The notes below the pieces were generated by a model. It was not told the origin of the DNA. It saw nothing but the letters and a program-made list of their open reading frames with translations, and searched no databases. DNA of 64,000 bases from an uncultured virus (IMG/VR IMGVR_UViG_3300033148_005029) (Duplodnaviria > Heunggongvirae > Uroviricota > Caudoviricetes): the IMG/VR virus record IMGVR_UViG_3300033148_005029; one strand, written 5' to 3'. This document shows, one piece after another, positions 1 to 7,654 of this stretch (position 1 is its first letter; every line of letters begins with the position of its first letter). A program made the position numbers and the translations under genes.

Positions 1-543
1 ACGCATCTGCGCTGCGCGGAGATCGCGGGGCAGAAGACCATCCTGCTCAAGCCGACCACGGACAGCCGGGCGTTGCAGCTCGTGAGCACGCACGATGGGC
101 TCACGAAGCCGGCGACCGAGGTGGACCCCACCGAGGCGCTCTCTCCGACTGCGCTCGCGAAGTACGACGTCATCGGCATCGACGAGGGGCAGTTCCTCGA
201 CGGGATGTGGATCGACGTCATCGAAGACCTCGCCGACGGTGGTACCGAGGTCATCGTCGCCTGTCTCAATCAGGACTTCCGTGGTAACCCCTTCGGTATC
301 GCACCGCACTTGATGGCGATTGCGGACCGCATCGAAGCGCTTCGCGCGGTGTGCGTGGACTGCGGGAAGAAGGACAGCGCGACGCGCAGCTATCGCACGT
401 CCGAGGGTGATGATCAGGTAGAGGTCGGTGGCTCGGAGCGCTACATTGCGTTGTGCCGTCCGTGTTGGGTGGACAGGTGGGCAGAGCGACAGCGGGATGG
501 CGAGGCCGCCCCGCGCGCGACACAAGCTCAGGCGGCTGTGTAG
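1..543 (+). CDS. tdk: Thymidine kinase (5'-truncated by the window edge)
   Basis: The frame is open from base 1 (..KTILLKPTTDSR..VSTHDG). It shows the Walker B motif IGIDEGQF, VIVACLNQDFRGNPF, Zn ligands CVDC and CRPC, and VEVGGSERYIALCR, all typical of type II thymidine kinases. Confidence 0.95.
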   Translation, partial: THLRCAEIAGQKTILLKPTTDSRALQLVSTHDGLTKPATEVDPTEALSPTALAKYDVIGIDEGQFLDGMWIDVIEDLADGGTEVIVACLNQDFRGNPFGIAPHLMAIADRIEALRAVCVDCGKKDSATRSYRTSEGDDQVEVGGSERYIALCRPCWVDRWAERQRDGEAAPRATQAQAAV

Positions 544-574
544 AATAGGCGTACCGCTTGAGAAGGAGCACACG

Positions 575-3500
575 ATGGTCAACCTCGCGCAGTACCTCGC
601 CGGCAGTGTATCGCTCGAAGAGCTTGAGGAGTCGCTGCCCGTCAGCGGGGCCGGCGGCTTGATGCTGCCGAAGCCGATGACGACGCGGCACGAGAGGCTG
701 CAGCTCGCATGGCAGGATTTCAGCACGAAGCTGGAAGCCCTGTGGCTCGACGTGATGGAGACGTCCGAAGAGCTGTACATCGATGCCGCGCAGACCATCG
801 ACGAGCTGCGCAACGTCGGCTTTCAGAACCCGCGGCACGGGGTGCCAATCTTCAAGCGCTTGCAGCAGAAGGTCGCTGCGTACGCGATGAAGCCGAGCGA
901 AGAGCAGAATGCCATCCAGGTGATTGCCGCACGTCTCGGAGCGCTGAACGCTGAGCTTCTCTACATCTGCGACGAGCACGACCCGCAGATGCCGAAGCCT
1001 CCGGAGCTGCCCGCCCGCGACATGAAGACGTGGCAGAAGGATAGCGGCGTGGAGCGCTTCCCCGGCGAGCTGGGGATGTCTGATCCCGGCATCGAGGGGA
1101 TGGAACCGGAGCCCGACGACGAGGATTTGCCTCAGGATCAGCAGGTTATCTCGGCGGAGCCCGGCGAGGAGCCCGAGGGGGAGATGCCGCCCGAAGGCGA
1201 AGAGGTGCCGGGCGAGGAGCCCGACGAAGACGAGGTGCCCTACGATGCCGCCGAAGAGGAACCACAGGATGCGGAGGGAGAGCTTGCAGGAGAGGATGGA
1301 GAGGATCCGCTGGCTCCTGGGGACGAAGAGGAAGGCGCCCCGGTCGAGCCTGGTATGGAGGATCCTGACGGTGGTGAGGTGGCTCCTGAGGATGGAGAAG
1401 AGGAAGCCCCCGACGTCGAACCCGGCGAAGCACCCGACGAGGTTCCCGGAACAGAGCCCGAGCTTGCGCCTGAGCCCGGAACAGAGCCCGAGCCCGGAGT
1501 AGAGCCCGACGCCGAAGCTCCGCCCGGGGCCGAGCCCGGCGAAGAGGAGCCCGAGGCACCTCCCGAGAAGGCGGCACCGGATGGTGAGGAGCCCGAGGCG
1601 CCTCCTGAGAAGCTGAAGCCGGAGGATGGAGCGCCCGAGCCACCGTCGGGCATGGAGCCCGAGGGGATGGAGCCCGAGGGGATGCCGAAGGAGAAGCCCG
1701 AGGTACCGCCGAAGGAGAAGCCCGAGGTACCGCCGAAGGAGAAGGGCGACGAGAAGGGCGAGAAGCCCGACATAGCTCAGGTCGCGGACAAGGAACGGGG
1801 AGACGCGGACGACGCGAAGCAGGACTTCGCCGACGCGGCAGCGAAGACCGACGACGAGGAAGGGGAAGCAGAGGAGGTCGAGGGCGACCCGAAGGCTTCC
1901 CCGGAGAAGAAGGCGGACGAGAAGGACGACGTCGAGCGCGCGAAGGGTGAGGAAGTCGACGCTGCGGCGGAGGTCGAGGGTGAGGACGACGAAGCCGACT
2001 CGGCGGAGCGGTCGCTCGGGCAACAGCCGCGTGACTGGGACACCGACCGCCTGAAGAAAGCCTACGATCAGGTCAAGTCGGACCTCGGGGGCAAGGTGCC
2101 CGCGGACGAGATGCCGAAAACACCTGAGGAGCTGATCCAGCTCATCGCGCCCGACGACGGCGACGCCGGCATCATGCAGCAGGGAGCCGACGCGGACACG
2201 GGGAAGGTTGACCCGCAGCTCGCGCAGTACCTGCAGCGCGAGATCAAGAAGGGCACGCTTGGGAAGGAGCCCGACGAGGATGAGCAGCTCGGGGCTCCGC
2301 CGTCGAAGCCGAAGTCGAAGATGCCCCCGCCTGGGAAAGACATCAAGGCGGCGATGAAGATCAAGGCGAAGCGCAAGCCGGGTCGCCGGATGGAGGGGGA
2401 GCCGAAGCTCGGGGAGACGGTGAAGGCAGCTGACCCCGCGAAGGTGGATCAGGACGAGCTGGCGATGGGCACGAAGGAGGAGATGGAGCACACGACCGAC
2501 GTGAAGGTCGCGGAGCGCATCGCCTTGGAGCACCTCGCTGAAGACCCGAGCTACTACAGCAAGCTCAAGAAGGCCGGACTTGCGGAGTTCTACCGCTCTC
2601 CCGACTACTTCGGGCCGAAGGCGGAGCAGTACCTCGACGAAGTAGCGCTCGACGAGCGGGGCCTGCCCGGGGCCATGAAGGCAAAGAAGGTGCTCAAGCG
2701 TCTGCTCAAAGCCGGATGGGAGATCATTCGACAGACCGGATCGCACAAGATCCTGAAGAAGGCCACGAAGACCATCATCTTCGCGTTTCATTCAGGCGTC
2801 GAGATCGGCCGCCGGATGCTCGCGAAGCTGCAGAAGCAGACCGGCGTGAAGTTCATGGAGAACTACGCGGCGGTTGACGCTCTGCGCTACGCCATCGTCG
2901 AAGAGCAGGGTGACGTGGAGGCGTCTTTCCAGCTGGCAGCGGAGACGATCGCGGAAGCCGTGCGGCGCTACACTGACGCGAGTGATGTTCGTGGGGAGTT
3001 GGGCGTGGTTGCTCCCGGGCGTCCACCGTCCATCAACGTGTTCGCGGAGTGGCGGAGCAACGGCCGCCCGAGCGACAGCTTCGGCTTCACGCGTGTCATC
3101 CCGATCGAGGGGGCGGTGTACTTCGCGAACGCAGACGGCGTGGTCAGCGAGTCGTGGGATATCGACGAACACATCACGAACACGGAACTCGCGAACCGCG
3201 TATATGGCGCTATGAGCGAGGTTTACGACGTCTGCCCGACGCGCGTGACAGAGGATGAGAGGGTCGTACCGGCGCTCTACCGCGTCATGGAGCGAGAGCA
3301 GCGCGGAGAGAGCATCTCCGGCTACGCCTACGGTGGACTCCTTAACAGCCTTCGTTCGTCGCTGAGCATCGCAGAGGGTGTGGCTACCGCGCCTCAGCGC
3401 ATCCACGTGACGATGGCAGGCCCGCGCCGCTACTACTTCGAGTGGACGGTCCCGGCCCCCAAGAAGATCCCCGCTGTTGTGGGGACACCGGACGGCATGC

Positions 3501-4243
3501 TTGCTGAGATGCAGGACGTGCTTGGCGCTGGAAAGCTGGCGCTCAACGAGGACGCGACGGTCACGCTCGGCGGCGCGAGGGTGGGCCTCCTGAAGCATCG
3601 CCCGATGACGCCGGAGACCGTGCGGCAGGTCGCGATGTTCAAGACGCCGACCCGGGCTCAGTTCGCTGCGGGGAAGCTCGGAAGCGACTGGACTCCGGTT
3701 CACGTCTACGTTGACGACGGGTCGGAGGGCTGGGTCGTCGGCGACAAGCGGAAGGACGCGCTGTCGAAGATCGGAGCCCGGCGTATGGGTGTTGAGGAGG
3801 GGGTCATCGGGCTCTCTGCAATAGGTGGTGCCGCGTCTACGGTGTGGTGCTCACCGCCGATCAGCATCTCTCCGTCAGAGGGCTCCGTGCTGATCGGCGA
3901 CTCCGTGCTCGACAGGGACTGCTCCGATAGGGCGTTTGCCGATATCATCTCGACGCTCTCCGAGCAGCAGGACGACACGGCACACGGCTACCTGTTCGAG
4001 GACGGCCCCACCGTCCAGGTGGATCGCAAGACGCGCCTACGTGTGCAGGAGACGGGTGTGGGCGATGTGCTGGTGTCGCCGCTCGACGAGGACGAGGACG
4101 AGAGGATCCGGGAGGCGAAGGCGGCGAAGCAGAAGCTCGACCCGTACGACGTCATTCGTGCAATCGCGAACATGGAGTTCATCCCGCGTGGGCCGTTTGC
4201 GGTCCTGAGGGTGAAGCGTCACGGGACGGGACAAGGGAAGTAG
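575..4243 (+). CDS. Large modular head-associated polyprotein: acidic Pro/Glu-rich region, DUF5661-like module and HicA-like RNase module
   Basis: RBS GAAGGAG precedes ATG at 575. E/P/D low-complexity tract at about 1090-2330; ELAMGTKEEMEHT..IALEHLAEDPSYYSKL at about 2444-2580; MKAKKVLKRLLKAGWEIIRQTGSHKILKK..FAFHSGVEIGRRMLAKLQKQTG at about 2675-2850. Confidence 0.8.
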   Translation: MVNLAQYLAGSVSLEELEESLPVSGAGGLMLPKPMTTRHERLQLAWQDFSTKLEALWLDVMETSEELYIDAAQTIDELRNVGFQNPRHGVPIFKRLQQKVAAYAMKPSEEQNAIQVIAARLGALNAELLYICDEHDPQMPKPPELPARDMKTWQKDSGVERFPGELGMSDPGIEGMEPEPDDEDLPQDQQVISAEPGEEPEGEMPPEGEEVPGEEPDEDEVPYDAAEEEPQDAEGELAGEDGEDPLAPGDEEEGAPVEPGMEDPDGGEVAPEDGEEEAPDVEPGEAPDEVPGTEPELAPEPGTEPEPGVEPDAEAPPGAEPGEEEPEAPPEKAAPDGEEPEAPPEKLKPEDGAPEPPSGMEPEGMEPEGMPKEKPEVPPKEKPEVPPKEKGDEKGEKPDIAQVADKERGDADDAKQDFADAAAKTDDEEGEAEEVEGDPKASPEKKADEKDDVERAKGEEVDAAAEVEGEDDEADSAERSLGQQPRDWDTDRLKKAYDQVKSDLGGKVPADEMPKTPEELIQLIAPDDGDAGIMQQGADADTGKVDPQLAQYLQREIKKGTLGKEPDEDEQLGAPPSKPKSKMPPPGKDIKAAMKIKAKRKPGRRMEGEPKLGETVKAADPAKVDQDELAMGTKEEMEHTTDVKVAERIALEHLAEDPSYYSKLKKAGLAEFYRSPDYFGPKAEQYLDEVALDERGLPGAMKAKKVLKRLLKAGWEIIRQTGSHKILKKATKTIIFAFHSGVEIGRRMLAKLQKQTGVKFMENYAAVDALRYAIVEEQGDVEASFQLAAETIAEAVRRYTDASDVRGELGVVAPGRPPSINVFAEWRSNGRPSDSFGFTRVIPIEGAVYFANADGVVSESWDIDEHITNTELANRVYGAMSEVYDVCPTRVTEDERVVPALYRVMEREQRGESISGYAYGGLLNSLRSSLSIAEGVATAPQRIHVTMAGPRRYYFEWTVPAPKKIPAVVGTPDGMLAEMQDVLGAGKLALNEDATVTLGGARVGLLKHRPMTPETVRQVAMFKTPTRAQFAAGKLGSDWTPVHVYVDDGSEGWVVGDKRKDALSKIGARRMGVEEGVIGLSAIGGAASTVWCSPPISISPSEGSVLIGDSVLDRDCSDRAFADIISTLSEQQDDTAHGYLFEDGPTVQVDRKTRLRVQETGVGDVLVSPLDEDEDERIREAKAAKQKLDPYDVIRAIANMEFIPRGPFAVLRVKRHGTGQGK
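1684..1744 (+). repeat. 24-bp in-frame tandem repeat (about 2.5 copies, encoding PKEKPEVP)
   Basis: GCCGAAGGAGAAGCCCGAGGTACC is directly repeated; adjacent MEPEG and GTEPE repeats are also visible. Confidence 0.85.
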
Positions 4244-4337
4244 TGCTGACAGCAGTCGCGGTGCTACTCGCCGCCTCGACGGGCGCGATGTCGATGCTCG
4301 TCGTGGTGGTGGTAGCCGATCAGAAGAGGGCGCGCAG

Positions 4338-4613
4338 GTGCAGATAAGACAGCGGACCGAACCGGAGGACCGCTCGCAGCAGCTGAAGCTCGCCATCATG
4401 TCCGGCAACGTGTGGAGCGACGAGAAGCGTGCAGCCTTTGCGGAGGTACAGCAGGAGATGGCTGAACAGCACCTACCGCAGAGACGGCCGCCGACGTTCA
4501 TCTCCGTCGTGCTCTTTTTGGTCGTTCCGATTCTGGCGCTCATAGGTGTGGGCGTCACCATCACTTCCATAATGCGTGTGATAGCTTCATGTAGCGGCGC
4601 TCCGGGTCTGTAG
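4338..4613 (+). CDS. Small predicted membrane protein
   Basis: C-terminal hydrophobic stretch FISVVLFLVVPILALIGVGVTITSIM; the start codon is uncertain. Confidence 0.5.
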   Translation: MQIRQRTEPEDRSQQLKLAIMSGNVWSDEKRAAFAEVQQEMAEQHLPQRRPPTFISVVLFLVVPILALIGVGVTITSIMRVIASCSGAPGL

Positions 4614-4651
4614 GCCCACATCGCCGATTGCTTGTTTGCTCTCAATTTTCC

Positions 4652-4699
4652 ACTTGATTCTGTGGCCCCATGTGGTAGTATTCTTATGGAGCAAGTGAG
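4652..4699 (+). promoter_or_regulatory. Sigma70-like (early-type) promoter, repeat copy 1
   Basis: TTGATT-16 nt-TAGTAT followed by TCTTATGGAGCAAGTGAG; near-identical copies occur at about 6004 and 6967. Confidence 0.7.
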
Positions 4700-4719
4700 T
4701 CAACCACGGGGGCAAAACG

Positions 4720-5952
4720 GTGCTGGTAACAAGAAAGAACCTGTCGGCTGCGGACGTCGCGGAAGTCGAAAAGCGTGTCAAGCGCTTCGCGAAGGCCGCC
4801 GCGAAGGCAGGCCGTCCGGAGGACGCGCCGGCTGTCGAGTCGGTTGTCGAGGGCACGCGGGAGAAGTCCCCGGGCCGGCTGGTCAGGGTCTTCACCGTCA
4901 CGTTGAGCGTGCCGGCCGAGAACATGTGCCGCGAAGGGTACGCGCTCGGCGGGCTGGTTCAGACGGCCTTCAACGAGGACGTGAACTCGGGCGACGCTCG
5001 GATTGTCACGATTCTGGCGGCAGGGGAGAAGGTGGGGCTCGCCTCCGCGGACTACCGCGAGGGTAACCTGCGCTGCGACGGCTGCGGCAAGAAGCGTCGC
5101 CGCAAGACTGTCCTGCTCGTGATCGAGGAAGCGACAGGCCGCGTCCTGACGCTCGGCACCGAGTGCGCCGCGGAGTTCGTTCCCTCCCTCAAGAACAGCA
5201 CGAAGGTGCTGGAGTATGTGGCCTTCACCTTCCTCGACCGCAACCCGGAGACGGACGGCTACGAGCGGTACGAGGACGTGCTCGAACTGGGTCACGTGCT
5301 CTCCCTCGCTCTCTTCGTCTTCGGCGAGGACGGCGGTTACCGCCCGAAGGGCAGTCCGGACGGCTCGACCGCGAGCAGTGTCCTCTATATGCTGCACCCG
5401 CCCGGCGTCTCCGCCAACCCCGAGTCGAAGCGGGCCTACCGCGAAGCAGCGGCGCGCTACGAAGTGAAGGTTGACGCGCTCAACGAGGAAGCCGCCAAGG
5501 TCACGACCTGGGTGCGGGACGGCAGCGCCGGCACGAGCGACTACGCGCTGAACCTCGCCGCTGCCTTCACCCGCGACGAAGTGAGCGACCGGACCTTCGG
5601 CCTGGTCGTCTCCGCGACCTACGCCTGGAAGCGGGAGCTGGTCAAGGCTGCTGAGCGTAAGGCTGGTGCCGGGTTCGGAACCGCCTACGTCGGCGCGAAA
5701 GGCGAGCGGAAGACCTGGAAGGGCACGCTCCTCCGGCAGGCGGGACACGAAGGTTACTACGGCCTGACGACACGGGTCGAGGTCGCAACGCCCGAGGGCG
5801 GACTGCTCGTCTGGTGGAAGTCCGGCTCCGCGCTCGACCTCGACGAGGGCACCGAGGTCACGCTGACCGGCCGCGTCAAGAAGCTCGACAGCTTCAACGA
5901 CAAGAAGCAGACGGTCGTCACCCGCTGCACAGTCAAGAAGGTCGCCGCGTAA
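4720..5952 (+). CDS. Hypothetical protein with a Cys/Zn motif and a probable C-terminal OB-fold nucleic-acid-binding domain
   Basis: CDGC...LGTEC motif; C-terminus YVGAKGER...GYYGLTT...LLVWWKSG...VTLTGRVKK..FNDKKQTVVTR has an OB-like pattern. The gene has its own promoter and terminator. Confidence 0.7.
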   Translation: MLVTRKNLSAADVAEVEKRVKRFAKAAAKAGRPEDAPAVESVVEGTREKSPGRLVRVFTVTLSVPAENMCREGYALGGLVQTAFNEDVNSGDARIVTILAAGEKVGLASADYREGNLRCDGCGKKRRRKTVLLVIEEATGRVLTLGTECAAEFVPSLKNSTKVLEYVAFTFLDRNPETDGYERYEDVLELGHVLSLALFVFGEDGGYRPKGSPDGSTASSVLYMLHPPGVSANPESKRAYREAAARYEVKVDALNEEAAKVTTWVRDGSAGTSDYALNLAAAFTRDEVSDRTFGLVVSATYAWKRELVKAAERKAGAGFGTAYVGAKGERKTWKGTLLRQAGHEGYYGLTTRVEVATPEGGLLVWWKSGSALDLDEGTEVTLTGRVKKLDSFNDKKQTVVTRCTVKKVAA

Positions 5953-5965
5953 GCGACTCGCTCCG

Positions 5966-6001
5966 GCGCCCCGGGCTTCAACGCTCGGGGCGCTTCCTTT
6001 T
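5966..6001 (+). terminator. Rho-independent terminator
   Basis: GCGCCCCGGGC-ttcaac-GCTCGGGGCGC stem followed by TTCCTTTT just after the stop at 5952. Confidence 0.8.
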
Positions 6002-6003
6002 GT

Positions 6004-6052
6004 ACTTGATTATGTGACCTCAATATCGTAGTATTCTTATGGAGCAAGTGAG
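6004..6052 (+). promoter_or_regulatory. Sigma70-like promoter, repeat copy 2
   Basis: TTGATT-17 nt-TAGTAT-TCTTATGGAGCAAGTGAG. Confidence 0.7.
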
Positions 6053-6071
6053 CGACTCGAAGGAGACAAGG

Positions 6072-6281
6072 ATGCTGGGTCGGAAGGAACGAGAAAAGGC
6101 GGAGCGGTGGGCGAAGCGCCTATGGGACGGACTCGGCAACTCGGAGCGGCACCAGCTCGGGGACGACCTCGTGTTCGGGTGCTTCGACTGGGGCGAGTGG
6201 TATACGCGCAAGCCCCCGCCCGGGACGTTGAACGCACTCGATAAAATGCGCTTGCACTGGGAGATCATGACGGGTGGGTGA
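6072..6281 (+). CDS. Small hypothetical protein
   Basis: RBS AAGGAG precedes ATG at 6072 (alternative in-frame ATG at 6039); overlaps the start of the next gene. Confidence 0.6.
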   Translation: MLGRKEREKAERWAKRLWDGLGNSERHQLGDDLVFGCFDWGEWYTRKPPPGTLNALDKMRLHWEIMTGG

Positions 6282-6951
6282 GAAGCAACCGCAGGGGAGC
6301 AAGACCCTACGGAACATACAAACGATGGCGGCTGCGATGCTGCCATCGTTCGCGCTTGTAGGTGGCAAGCGCGGTACGAAGGCCGTCACCGACCGCGTCT
6401 TCACCTGTCAGTACCCGAAATGCGCGGCGAGGGCAGCTCACTCGTGCGGCATTGGCAAAAGCTACCAGAGTGATCGCTACTTGGACGGGTGGCTCCTGTG
6501 CCGGAGTCACTACATGACCGTTAGGAGCATGTACCTCTACGACAGGAATTTGAAGCGCAACCGATGGTGGAAGAGCTGCGTGTCGCTCTCTGATGACGTC
6601 GTTCGTGAGGAGGCGGAGAGCATCGGTTTTTCTGACGAGCGGTTTCGCGAGATAGACTGCGACGACGTCATGAACGCCGTTGATGAGGCCCTACTCGACT
6701 GCTTATCTCGGCGGGACGCGTTCATCGTGTCCGAGCGCCTGTTCGGTAGCTTGAAGCTATGGCAGGTTGGCAACAGGACAGCCATAAGCCGTGAGCGGGT
6801 TCGACAGGTCGAGATCGCGGGGTACGAGAAGCTCAAATGGTGGCTGCGGAGCCATCGGCCGGACCTCTACTTGGTGCTTTGCGAGCCGGGCATGGAACGA
6901 GATCGCATGGAGGATCAGATCGTGCGGAGGCGGGTGCCTGAACTTGAGTAG
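6274..6951 (+). CDS. Sigma-factor region-4-like HTH protein with a Cys/His-rich N-terminus
   Basis: LSRRDAFIVSERL..LWQVG..ISRERVRQVEIAGYEKLK matches the sigma70 region 4.2 pattern; no region 2 is evident. Confidence 0.7.
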   Translation: MGEKQPQGSKTLRNIQTMAAAMLPSFALVGGKRGTKAVTDRVFTCQYPKCAARAAHSCGIGKSYQSDRYLDGWLLCRSHYMTVRSMYLYDRNLKRNRWWKSCVSLSDDVVREEAESIGFSDERFREIDCDDVMNAVDEALLDCLSRRDAFIVSERLFGSLKLWQVGNRTAISRERVRQVEIAGYEKLKWWLRSHRPDLYLVLCEPGMERDRMEDQIVRRRVPELE

Positions 6952-6966
6952 ATTTCATGCTTTTCT

Positions 6967-7015
6967 ACTTGATTTCGTGGCCTCAACATCGTACTATAAT
7001 AGTGGAGCGAGTGAG
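6967..7015 (+). promoter_or_regulatory. Sigma70-like promoter, repeat copy 3
   Basis: TTGATT-17 nt-TACTAT(AAT)...GGAGCGAGTGAG. Confidence 0.7.
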
Positions 7016-7030
7016 TTACGGGGGCAAGAA

Positions 7031-7273
7031 ATGAAGCGAGCGGTTGTTCTGGTTCTGGTTGCGCTGGCGGCGGTGCTCGGTGAGACGAGCTATCGCATCG
7101 TGGTGCAGGGACCGGTTGCGCTTCAGGTGTTCGTGCTCGTCACGGTTGTCCGGTACGCTGTGGAGCGTGTCAGGTTGGAAGTTACTGTTCGTGGTTCGTT
7201 CGGGGCGGTTCTCGCCGCCGAGTGGGCGAAGACGGTTGGGCGGGAGCCGGAGCCGGTTCTCACCGTGGCATGA
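7031..7273 (+). CDS. Small hydrophobic hypothetical protein
   Basis: ATG downstream of promoter copy 3; MKRAVVLVLVALAAVLG resembles a signal or TM segment. Confidence 0.5.
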   Translation: MKRAVVLVLVALAAVLGETSYRIVVQGPVALQVFVLVTVVRYAVERVRLEVTVRGSFGAVLAAEWAKTVGREPEPVLTVA

Positions 7274-7284
7274 GAAGGTGCAAA

Positions 7285-7509
7285 ATGAGTGACGCTAAGG
7301 ACGACAAGGTTTCTTTCGCGGGGGCCGCGGAGCTGGCTGCGGAGCTGGCAGACGAAGCAGTCTTCGGGCACTGCGACGGCCCGCCGCCGACTGAGGAGGA
7401 CAAGGCGAGACGGCAGAAGCTGGAAGCAGAAGTGAGGGCGCGCGGGCTGTCTGCGTACGACGAAATGGTCGTGGAAGCCGAGAAGAACAGGCCGCGGTAC
7501 GGGTTTTAG
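7285..7509 (+). CDS. Small hypothetical protein
   Basis: RBS GAAGG then ATG (MSDAKDDKVSF..); codon usage matches neighbouring genes. Confidence 0.55.
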   Translation: MSDAKDDKVSFAGAAELAAELADEAVFGHCDGPPPTEEDKARRQKLEAEVRARGLSAYDEMVVEAEKNRPRYGF

Positions 7510-7654
7510 GGCGTGTAGTGTGATAGACCGAAGCATTCCTGCGTGGTACGCTACGATCTGACGGTAGTACGGCATCCCGACACATACGTGTGTGGTCATA
7601 AGGTGCGTGTCTGTATGTGTTAGAGTAGGGTGACAACCACGTAGGGGGCTTTCC

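Noticed and set aside
1440..1760. Short direct repeats resembling a CRISPR array
   Set aside because: They are in-frame coding repeats without unique spacers, and no cas genes are present.
266..2791. 841-aa minus-strand ORF, and similar long antisense ORFs (13740-16382, 29847-32933, 21981-23528, 26396-27922)
   Set aside because: These are shadow frames of GC-rich, codon-biased plus-strand genes; they are R/L/V-rich with no recognisable motifs.
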